The position numbers and the translations under genes are program-made. Source: Mobula hypostoma (taxonomy: Eukaryota). From it: DNA of 64,000 bases. Shown in pieces: positions 54,557-64,000 of this stretch. The stretch lies in assembly GCF_963921235.1 (NCBI RefSeq), contig NC_086108.1:60018001-60082000 (forward strand), given 5' to 3'. Every line of letters starts with the position of its first letter. Position 1 is the first letter of the stretch. The notes beneath the pieces were generated by a model. It was given only the letters and a program-made list of their open reading frames with translations, did no database searches and was not told where the DNA came from.

Positions 54557-54587
54557 TGAGAGAGAGAGAAAGAGTGAAACTTTTAAC

Positions 54588-55748
54588 TTAACACCATCAT
54601 TCCCACAACCCTGATTTGAGCAGTTACAGAACCTGGGCCGCTGTACCTCCCTCTACAATTGGATCCTCAACTTCCTAACTGGAAGACCACAATCTGCGCG
54701 GATTGGTGATAACATCTCCTCCTCGCTGACGATCAACACTGGTGCACCTCAAGGGTGTGTGCTTAGCCCACTGCTCTACTCTCTCTATACCCATGACTGT
54801 GTGGCTAGACATAGCTCAAGTACCGTCTATAAATTTACTGATGTTGACCATTGTTGTAACAATCTCAGATGGAGACGAGAGGGCATGCAGCAGTGAGATA
54901 TGACAACTAGTGAAGTGGTGTCGCAGCAACAACTCAGCATCAGTAAGAAGAAAGAGCTGATTGTGGACCTCAGGAAGGGTAAGACGAGTGAACACATACC
55001 ATAGAGGGATCAGAAGTGGAGAGAGTGAGCCGTTTCAAGTTCCTGGGTGTCAAGATCTCTGAGGACCAAAGCTGGTCCTAACATATCCATGCAGTTATAA
55101 AGAAAGTACAACAGTGACGATACTTTATCGGGTGTTTGAAGAGATTTGGTATGTCAAGAAATACACTGAAAAACTTTTATAGATGTACCATGGAGAGCAT
55201 TCTGACAGGCTGCATCACTGTCTAGTATGGCGGCGGGGAGGGGTGGCTACTGCACAGGACTGAAAGAAGCTGCAGAGAGTTGTAAATTTAATCAGCTCCA
55301 TCTTGGGTGCTAGCCTACAAAGTATTCAGGACATCTTCAAGGAGTGGTGTCTCAGAAAGGCAGCGTCCATTATTAAGGACCCCCTGCACCCAGGGCATGC
55401 CCTTTCCTCACTGTTACCATCAGGTAGGAGGTACGGAAGCCACGGTACACGCTCAGCGATTCAGGATCAACTTCTTCCCCTCTGCCATCCGATCCCTTTA
55501 TGGACATTGAACCCGTGAACACTACCTCACTTTTTCAATATATATTATTTCTGGTTTTTGTACGATTTTAAATGTATTCGATATACGTATACTGTAATTG
55601 ATTTACTTATTTATTTATTAGCATTATTTTATTATTTGTTTTCTTCTTCATCTATATAATGTATTGCATTGAACTGCTGCTGCTAAGTTAACAAATTTCA
55701 CGTCACAGGCTGGTGATAATAAACCTGATTCTGATTCTGTATTCTGAT
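54588..55748 (+). mobile_element. Rex1/Babar-type LINE 3' half (RT), degenerate
   Basis: [73 protein letters not shown], ending aataaacctgattctgattctg. Confidence 0.9.
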
Positions 55749-55751
55749 TAT

Positions 55752-56310
55752 TTTGAAGTAGAGATTGATAGGTTCTTAACCTTAAAGGTGCCAAAGGTTG
55801 CGGGGAGAACGGGACTGAAAAAGACTATAATTGAATGCAGAGAAAATTCATTGGGCTGAGTGGTCTAATTCTTCTCCTGTGTCTTATGGTCCTGACAGGG
55901 TGCATGTGAAGGGAATGTTTCTTCCTGTGGGAGAATCCAGAACTGGGGGCCACTATTTGAAAATAAGATGTCCCCCATTTAAGACAGAGATAAGACAATT
56001 GTTTTTCTCTGAGAGAGTCATACATTTTCTCTGAGCCGAGGATACAGAATCTTTGAATAGTTTTGAGGTTGAGGTAGCTGGATTCTTGATAAGATAGGAG
56101 GTGAAAGGTTATCAAGGATAGGCAGGATTGAGGAGTGGTGGTTACTCTGCCATTCAATAATAAGTTAGAATCATTGAACTCTACAGAACAGAACAGGTCC
56201 TTTGGCCCATCTAGTCCATGCCCAACAATTAATCTGCCTAGTCCCATTGACCCGCACCCTCACCATAACCCTCCATTCCCCTCCCATCCAGGTACCTATC
56301 CAAATCGAAT
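55752..56310. mobile_element. Cluster of short old CR1 3'-end fragments (two + strand, one - strand)
   Basis: tcttatggtc tail at about 55890, MFLPVGESRT.GH.LKIR..PFKTE at 55914-56000, and a reversed tail acaggtcctttggcccatc at about 56190. Confidence 0.7.
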
Positions 56311-56566
56311 CCACATCTGAAGTGTAACACCTCATTGAAAATACCGTTTGTAGATTGACTTGACTATTTACAGTGAAGAAACTTCATTTCCTTGTGTTTG
56401 CATGAGGGGTCATGTGGTTATTCGTGACATCATATGCAAATACAGTGATGATGCTCTTGATGACATATTCTCACATGGACATACTGACTGTGACAAGTTA
56501 TTAGAGTACAATTGAATAAATTTGCACACTTTATCTAATCTCCTGAGTCCTTACTTATTTCTTTAG

Positions 56567-57164
56567 GCACAAATTGCTAAAGTCTCTCCAGAAACCAGAC
56601 ATAAACCTGGAATGGGATTCTGCATGTGCAGTTCCTTTGACAGAAAATTATGCTGTGGAAGTGGTGTGGTCACATTATTGTTGGCAGGAAATCTTTGACT
56701 TTGGTAGGAAATCCCTGACACGAAACAGGGCTATTTGTGAATTAAACCAAGCTATTCTGCCAGTGAAGATGGGTTCAGATACCTGTTCAACATGAGTTAA
56801 CATGTTATTACCTCAAAGGACAATTGATGTCCTATTCAGTAAGGTTGTGAAGTGCTGCAAAGCACCATCTGAAATCTTTGAACCTATAAATCTAGTATCT
56901 TCTGCCCCAAAGCCTGAAGAAACAATCTGCGATTCTGTGGTTGAGATAAATAATTTGCCACATCACTGCAATTTTGGGACAAGCTCATGTTGACAACATC
57001 CAGACAAAAGCGAAATTGAAAAATATAGTCTATTTCAAATGGCAGAGGATATGTGTGATGGTAACAGTTACATCTCTAGTAACAATGGTGGATTCTTTAT
57101 AAGACCCAAGTCATGTAGGCACAAAGAATTGATTCTTTGGGAAGCTCTTCCAACATGGCCACCA
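56567..57164 (+). pseudogene. Candidate host exon C, interrupted by the Penelope insertion
   Basis: Branch-like ctaat and acceptor cttacttatttctttag|. One frame of about 199 codons has only two TGA stops (track ORFs 56574, 56802 and 57039 share the frame). The host sequence resumes at 60218 after the TSD. Confidence 0.45.
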
Positions 57165-57231
57165 GTCAAGCAACATACATCAAAGTTGCTGGTGAACGCA
57201 GCAGGCCAGGCAGCATCTATAGGAAGAGGCG

Positions 57232-57273
57232 CAGTCAACGTTTCAGGCCGAGACCCTTCGTCAGGACTAACTG
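57232..57273 (-). ncRNA. Minimal hammerhead ribozyme motif in the pLTR of the long Penelope element (GUU triplet)
   Basis: Minus strand reads cagtt-AGTC-CTGACGA-AGG-gtctcgg-CCT-GAAA-CG-TT-GACT-g. Confidence 0.7.
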
Positions 57274-57560
57274 AAGGAAGAGTGAGTAAGGGATTTGAAA
57301 GCTGGAGGGGGAGGGGGAGATGCAAAATGATAGGAGAAGACAGGAGGGGGAGGGATAGAGCCGAGAGCTGGACAGGTGATAGGCAAAAGGGGATACAAGA
57401 GGATCATGGGACAGGAGGTCCGGGAACAAAGACAAGGGGGGGGACCCAGAGGATGGGCAAGGGGTATATTCAGAGGGACAGAGGGAGAAAAAGGAGAGTG
57501 AGAGAAAGAATGTGTGCATAAAAATGAGTAACAGATGGGGTACAAGGGGGAGGTGGGGCC

Positions 57561-58922
57561 TTAGCGGAAGTTAGAGAAGTCAATGTTCATGCCATCAGGT
57601 TGGAGGCTACCCAGACGGAATATAAGGTGTTGTTCCTCCAACCTGAGTGTGGCTTCATCTTTACAGTAGAGGAGGCCGTGGATAGACATGTCAGAATGGG
57701 AATGGGATGTGGAATTAAAATGTGTGGCCACTGGGAGATCCTGCTTTCTCTGGCGGACAGAGCGTAGATGTTCAGCAAAGCGGTCTCCCAGTCTGCGTCG
57801 GGTCTCACCAATATATAAAAGGCCACATCGGGAGCACCGGACGCAGTATATCACCCCAGTCGACTCACAGGTGAAGTGATGCCTCACCTGGAAGGACTGT
57901 TTGGGGCCCTGAATGGTGGTAAGGGAGGAAGTGTAAGGGCATGTGTAGCACTTGTTCCGCTTACACGGATAAGTGCCAGGAGGGAGATCAGTGGGGAGGG
58001 ATGGGGGGGACGAATGGACAAGGGAGTTGTGTAGGGAGCGATCCCTGCGGAATGCAGAGAGATGGGGGGAGGGAAAGATGTGCTTAGTGGTGGGATCCCG
58101 TTGGAGGTGGCGGAAGTTACGGAGAATAATATGTTGGACCTGGAGGCTGGTGGGGTGGTAGGTGAGGACCAGGGGAACCCTATTCCTAGTGGGGTGGTGG
58201 GAGGATGGAGTGAGAGCAGATGTACGTGAAATGGGGGAGATGTGTTTAAGAGCAGAGTTGATAGTGGAGGAAGGGAAGCCCCTTTCTTTAAAAAATGAAG
58301 ACATCTCCCTCGTCCTAGAATGAAAAGCCTCATCCTGAGAGCAGATGCGGGGGAGACGGAGGAATTGCGAGAAGGGGATGGCGTTTTTGCAAGAGACAGG
58401 GTGAGAAGAGGAATAGTCCAGATAGCTGTGAGAGTCAGTAGGCTTATAGTAGACATCAGTGGATAAGCTGTCTCCAGAGACAGAGACAGAAAGATCTAGA
58501 AAGGGGAGGGAGGTGTCGGAAAGGGACCAGGTAAACTTGAGGGCAGGGTGAAAGTTGGAGGCAAAGTTAATAAAGTCAACGAGTTCTGCATGCGTGCAGG
58601 AAGCAGCGCCAATGCAGTCGTCGATGTAGCGAAGGAAAAGTGGGGGACAGATACCAGAATAGGCACGGAACATAGATTGTTCCACAAACCCAACAAAAAG
58701 GCAGGCATAGCTAGGACCCATACGGGTGCCCATAGCTACACCTTTAGTTTGGAGGAAATGGGAGGAGCCAAAGGAGAAATTATTAAGAGTAAGGACTAAT
58801 TCCGCTAGACGGAGCAGAGTGGTGGTAGAGGGGAACTGATTAGGTCTGGAATCCAAAAAGAAGCGTAGAGCTTTGAGACCTTCCTGATGGGGGATGGAAG
58901 TATATAAGGACTGGACGTCCAT
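57561..58922 (-). CDS. Penelope RT core + GIY-YIG endonuclease (open C-terminal 453 aa of a frameshifted ORF)
   Basis: DVQSLY, RYIDD, FLDL, YKPTD, C..NKCYTC, VIYCVRCSRCGLLYIGETRRRLGDRFAEH, VATHF. Confidence 0.88.
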   Translation of the reverse strand: MDVQSLYTSIPHQEGLKALRFFLDSRPNQFPSTTTLLRLAELVLTLNNFSFGSSHFLQTKGVAMGTRMGPSYACLFVGFVEQSMFRAYSGICPPLFLRYIDDCIGAASCTHAELVDFINFASNFHPALKFTWSLSDTSLPFLDLSVSVSGDSLSTDVYYKPTDSHSYLDYSSSHPVSCKNAIPFSQFLRLPRICSQDEAFHSRTREMSSFFKERGFPSSTINSALKHISPISRTSALTPSSHHPTRNRVPLVLTYHPTSLQVQHIILRNFRHLQRDPTTKHIFPSPHLSAFRRDRSLHNSLVHSSPPSLPTDLPPGTYPCKRNKCYTCPYTSSLTTIQGPKQSFQVRHHFTCESTGVIYCVRCSRCGLLYIGETRRRLGDRFAEHLRSVRQRKQDLPVATHFNSTSHSHSDMSIHGLLYCKDEATLRLEEQHLIFRLGSLQPDGMNIDFSNFR

Positions 58923-60593
58923 GGTGAAAATAAAGCGGCGGGGCCAGGGAACTTAAAATCATCGAAAAGTTTAAGAGCGTGAGAAGTGTCACGAACATAG
59001 GTCGGAAGGGATTGAACAAGGGGTGATAAAACAGTGTCGAGGTATGCAGAAACGAGTTCAGCGGGGCAGGAGCAAGCTGAGACAATAGGTCGGCCAGGAC
59101 AGGCAGGTTTGTGGATCTTGGGTAGGAGGTAGAAACGGGAAGTGCAGGGTGTGGGAACTATAAAGTTGGTAGCAGTGGATGGGAGATCCCCTGAGCGGAT
59201 AAAGTCGGTGATAGTGTGGGAGACAATGGCCTGGTGCTCCTTAGTGGGGTCACGATCGAGGGGTAAGTAAGCGGAGGTATCCGCGAGTTGTCGCTGTGCC
59301 TCGGCAAAGGTAGAGGTCAGTACGCCAGACTACAACAGCACCACCCTTATCGGCGGGTTTAATAATAAGGTTAGGATTAGTGCGGAGGGAGTGGAGAGCA
59401 GAGCGTTCCGAAGGAGTGAGGTTGGAATGGGGACAAGGTGCGGTGAAGTGGAGACGGTTGATGTCCCGTCGGCAGTTGGCAATAAAGAGATCCAGAGCAG
59501 GCAGAAGACCAGAGCGGGGTGTCCATGAAGAAGGGGAGGGTTGAAGACGGGAGAAGGGGTCATCGGTGGGGGTGGAAGAGTCCTTGCCGAAGAAGTAGGC
59601 TCGGAGACGGAGACGGCGGAAGAAAAGTTCCGCATCATGGCAAACACGGAACTCGCTGAGGTCTGGGCGAAGGGGGACAAACGTGAGGCCCTTACTGAGG
59701 ACAGAGCGTTCTGCCTCCGACAGTTGAAGGTCGGAGGGGATGGTAGAGACCCGGCACGGATGAGAGCTGGGATCAGAGGGGGGAGGGGGGAGGCTGGGGG
59801 TGTCAGTGGAGAGGGGAGGGTTGGGGTGAGAGGAAGATGGAGCCTCTGAGGGCCCAGGAGTTGACGGTGGGATCTGAGGAAGACGGGGCTGCGGAGTAGT
59901 GGTGGGGGAAGGGGAGACGGGAGTCACAACAGCAGCACATAAAGACCCGGCCTGGAGTTCAAGGCTGGAGTCGCAGTTGGTGGTTGCGCAATCGCTGTGA
60001 AGGTGTCCATGGTCGGTGCTGGAGTCCGGGTTTTGAATATGTCCTGAGGTGTTGGAGCCGCCGAGATCAATGGCAGGGGCCGCAATCTGAAGTTCATGCC
60101 TGCTAGCGTCGGGGCCGACAGGCTCTGGAGTACGTAGATGTAAGATCTTGCGATCTTTGCCTAACATGACAAAGTCAAAAAACGGCGATTGCAGGCGTGA
60201 ATCCGAAATGGCCACCATTCAGCTGTGTTTGTTAAGGACAATAAATAGTTTCAGGAGCAGGAAAACCGAATGCATAGCATCAGGAAAATCCCAGTAGAAA
60301 ACAGCAACATGGTATCCAAGTGAAGCACTAAGCATTGATCATTGTAATTGAAATGTTAAATTAGTGAACTGGGGCAATTCTGTTCTTACGTTACTTTTTA
60401 AGAAAAAAAATCAAACTGATTATAAATTGGACAGTGCTTCCATTTAATTGGCCGATGTAAAAAGACCAAGGAATGCAGAACTAGTGTGGATGTCCTTTTG
60501 ATCTCGGAGTTAAAAGATTTCTGTCAGCATTATCCTCATTTGCTGCAGCCAATTTTAATATAGCAAAATTGTAATGTTTTTCGGCATCTCCAG

Positions 60594-60685
60594 GGCAAGA
60601 TTGCATGGGAAATTACTATTTGTACCGAATTTGAAAAGGCACTCTTTCTCAGGGTGCACTTTGATGCAAATGAGCAGCACATATG
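60594..60685 (+). pseudogene. Weak candidate exon D
   Basis: tttttcggcatctccag| ... G|gtatta; 92 nt, open in two frames (ARLHGKLLFVPNLKRHSFSGCTLMQMSSTY or GKIAWEITICTEFEKALFLRVHFDANEQHI). Confidence 0.2.
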
Positions 60686-61837
60686 GTATTAGCATTCATA
60701 TAATAGCTGTTTCGCCTTCTCCAACCTACATGTCAAAACTCTTTGAACCAGAGATGTGCAGATACACTTCAGTCAGGTACACTTCTACAAATTTACCTAA
60801 GGGCATCTGGACAGCATGCTTACTGATCTCATAATGAGACTGATCTATTTTCTGCAAACATCATCAACAGTTTTAAATTCTTATTAACTTTATCCAGACC
60901 TTGCCCCAGTTCCATTATCCTCCCGCAAGTCCCATAAACTGAATAGCTATGACAGCCTAATAGGTAAAGATATAAAAACAAAAATGGTTGCGAAGCAGGA
61001 GGATTCAAAAGCCGAGAGCTGAGAAGAACTCTGGATAAAAGTTTTGTGACTAGTGGAGTAAAAGAGTAATACCAAGAGCTACAAGCGGAGCCTGAGTAAT
61101 TACATTATAATTATGCATTTAATCAGTTTAATCACAATGCACAAAGAAGCTGCTTCCAGCAGTGTGAATTTGGAAGCAGATAGCTCTGCTGAATTATTCC
61201 AACTGGAAGAAGATTTAGTAGTACCTGGGGAATAGCCACACAAAGAAAGCAAGCCAGGAAGATCAGCAGGTCCAGCAGTAGGAGAATTGTTTATTGAAAG
61301 GTTTTTCTAGGAATCTTGGACATCAGGTTTTCTGTAGACACCTGAGAAACAACTTCTGACCTCACGTAACTCAATGGGCAAATTCCCCCCTGTCTGTCAC
61401 TGCAGTTTTGAACTATATGCAGCTCATCCTCCTCCACTGACCTGAAGTCTTTGGTGCATGGTTTGGGTGGGAGGAGATGGGGCTGGTCATTTTAAACTGT
61501 CCTTATCTTCAGGCTAGCAACTCGGTTTGCAGACACATCACTGCTCCAATGCAGGTACAATTGGATCATAAATTCCCACAATGGGAAAACAGTGCTGATT
61601 TAAATGATTCTCAGTAGAGATTCATTTGTTGAATAGAATGTCTTTGTGTACAAGAGTTGCCCATTAATGCAACTCATGGCAATTAATGACTTAGTTTAAA
61701 TTGTTAAATTCCTACTGTTCAGTGCTGGCCCTCAAGCTCTGAGATGTGGATGCGATGTCACTAAACGTCCAGTAACATGGTCAAAATCAATGAATAAATG
61801 ATTTTTTTCATCTGCTATATTCCACCAAATTATATTT

Positions 61838-63000
61838 CCGTACAAAGCAGAAGGATGCCATTCAACCCATCGACTCCATGCTGTCTCTCAGAGCAATCCT
61901 ATTAATCTCAATCCCTTATTTTCTCGTGAACTAAGGTTCATTTTATTGTCAAAGTATGCATGTACAGTACAACTCTGACATCTGCCTACTCCCAGTAGCC
62001 ATTAAATACAGAAAGACCATGGGCGCTGATGAAAAAAAAGACATCAACTTCCCCCCCACCACCAACCAGCGCGAGAAAAAAAGCAAAACCTGCAAACCCC
62101 AAAATACCCCGTTTTCCCACAGCATAGAAACAGCCACAATAGCAATCAATGACCCTCTACACAACAATCCCCGACCCCTCACTCGCAGAAAAGAACAGCA
62201 ACAGTAGCAAAAACCCCCAATACCACCTCTTACACATAAAAAATTAACAGATCACTCACCCACCAATCGTCCACAAGAAGACACCAAAAAGCTGAAGGAA
62301 ACCAATATAAAGTATTGTCCAATAACCACATAAATCTCCAAATATGGGAAATGTCTTTTCACTGCATACATGGACAGCAGCAGCACTAACCCAGTCCTTA
62401 CGTAGAGTTACCGCCAACCTGGGTCCCAACAGTGCCGACCTAGGTCTGAATATACCGATCCAGCTGCTAATTGTCATGCACTGAGCCATTGCTGACCCCC
62501 TCTGCATTCAGACCAATGCTTCAATCTTCCTCGCCACCTCGAGATGGAGTTATTCATGACCCCACGTATCATCTCTGATGTCCAGGAGGCAGTTCTCTGG
62601 ACACGGCATAGTGCTGGATCCTTCGACCAAGATTCAAACTATATTCCACAGGCTCCAATAGTTTCCGCGGCACAAACAAAACAAAAAGAACAAGCAGAAG
62701 GCATAGAAAGGGTGAAGTAATTGGAAAGATTTGCTATCTGGAAGATGTCGCCCGAGGAATCGTTGTTCAGTGGCGCCATCTTGACCGGAAATACTCTCTC
62801 TCACATGCCCACCAACAGGCACTGATGTTAGGGGCAATTTGCAGAATCTAATTATCGTAATAGCTAACATGCATTTGGGATGTAATTGGGGGTGAGTGAA
62901 ACAGGAACATCTGGGTGAAAGGCACACCATCACAGGGAGACTGCACAGATACAGTGCTGGCTGCTCTGAGTCAGCTGTATTGTGCCACTTGCACTGCTAG
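61838..63000 (-). mobile_element. Old V-SINE/HE1-like SINE split into 61838-61930 and 62791-63000
   Basis: The right piece ggggcaatttgcag...tttgggatgt...gaaacaggaacatctgggtgaaa..caccatcacagggaga resembles the reversed V-SINE core. The left piece is a CR1-type tail (ccattcaacccatcgactccatgc). Recognised from memory. Confidence 0.45.
61933..62790 (-). mobile_element. ~860-bp non-coding retroposon-like insert (CAAGATGGCG start, Rex-like 3' tail)
   Basis: Minus strand starts ttccggtCAAGATGGCGcca and ends gcatactttgacAATAAAatgaacctt, similar to the 3' end at 50996-51030. No RT motif inside. Confidence 0.5.
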
Positions 63001-63244
63001 ATTCAGAACTGGTCAATGTATCATTCTCCTCCAGCAGCCTCATACCAAAGTTCCAAAGGTTTGTCACAGCCTTGTGCACTTAACAATCCTGCAGTCATCA
63101 TGATCTCATCTCACACACCACCAGTTATTCATCTGTGGCAGGCGCAATGCAAACAGTTTTGCTTTTTATCAAGTGATGTCTCTATTTCTATCCCTTTGAA
63201 TATAGGAGGCAGCATCAGATAATCAGAGGTAATCAGGGCGGACT

Positions 63245-63970
63245 GCATGACAGATGGAATTTAATGCAGACTAGCACGAAGTTTTGCACTTCAGTAGGAC
63301 CAACCAGAGTAGGTCTTGCACAGTAAACAGTAGGGCAGTGAGGAATGTGGTAGAACAAAGGGATCAGAGAATACAGGTCCATAATTCATTGAAAGTGGTG
63401 TCACAGATAGAGAGAGCCATAAAGAAAGCTTTTGACACATTAACCTTCATAAATCAAAGTACTGAACACAGAGGATGGGTTGTTATGTTGAAATTGTATA
63501 AAGCATTGGTGAAGCCTAACTTGGAGTATTGTGTGCAGTTTTGGTCATCTACCTACAAGAAAGATGTGAACAAGGTTGAAAGAGTGCAAAGAAAATTTAC
63601 AAGGATGTTTCTGGGTCTGGAGGATCTGAAATATAAGAAAAGATTGAATAGGGTAGGACTGTATACTGTAGAACGTAGAAGATTGAGAGGAGATTTGGAA
63701 GATGTACAGATAGAATAAATGCAAGCAGGCTTTTACCACTGAGGTTTGGTGGGACTACAATGAGGGGTCATGGGTTAACGGTGAAAGGTGAAAACTTTAA
63801 GAGCAACTTGAGGAGAAATTTCTTCACTCAAAGGGTTGTGAGGGTTTGGAAGGAGCTGCTGGCACAAGTGGTCCATGCGAGCTTGATTTCAACATTTAAG
63901 AGAAGTTTGGATGGGTGCATGGATAGTAGGGATATGGAGGGCTGTGGTCCCTGTGCAGGTCATTGGGAAT
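63245..63970 (+). mobile_element. Degenerate CR1 3' fragment, related to element B
   Basis: LYKALVKPNLEYCVQFWS, ERVQRKFTRM, RGHGL.VKGE.FK..LR.NFFTQRVVRVW. Confidence 0.92.
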
Positions 63971-64000
63971 TCATTGGGAATAGGCACTTCCAATGATTTT

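Larger units (their letters stand above)
57165..60207 (-). mobile_element. Penelope-like retroelement (RT + GIY-YIG endonuclease), 5'-truncated, 10-bp TSD
   Basis: ATGGCCACCA is duplicated at 57155-57164 and 60208-60217. ORF pieces LSKGLTFVP, IKPADKGGAVVV, DVQSLYTSI, GVAMG, RYIDD and the GIY-YIG motif, with frameshifts near 58.9 and 59.3 kb. Confidence 0.96.

Noticed and set aside
57039..57521. 160-aa ORF as a stand-alone gene
   Set aside because: After residue WPP it reads antisense into the Penelope pLTR. Only the first ~42 codons are host sequence.

Overview
This is eukaryotic, repeat-rich vertebrate DNA. The mix of CR1, Penelope, Rex1/Babar, Tx1 and V-SINE-like elements resembles a cartilaginous fish, probably a ray; that is inference, not a database result. 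Bases 1-26383 are one huge 27-bp minisatellite (consensus CAGGGAAATCACAGGGAATGACCCACG, about 980 units, open at the left edge) with several nested higher-order duplications. All ORFs listed in it are translation artefacts of the repeat. Bases 26.4-64 kb are AT-rich intron-like sequence filled with transposable elements: a three-level nested CR1 stack, two young near-identical CR1 copies, a Penelope element (RT + GIY-YIG) with a 10-bp target-site duplication (TSD), short Penelope pseudo-LTR (pLTR) inserts carrying minimal hammerhead-ribozyme motifs, Rex1/Babar and Tx1 fragments, a mariner MITE and a Tigger-like element. I see no recognisable intact host gene, RNA gene or CRISPR. The least-explained signal is a chain of + strand exon-like segments with splice sites and compatible phases (26516-26681, 43949-44274, 56567 onward), which may be an unidentified host gene or pseudogene with a Penelope insertion in it. 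I found no convincing evidence for a wholly new biological system.
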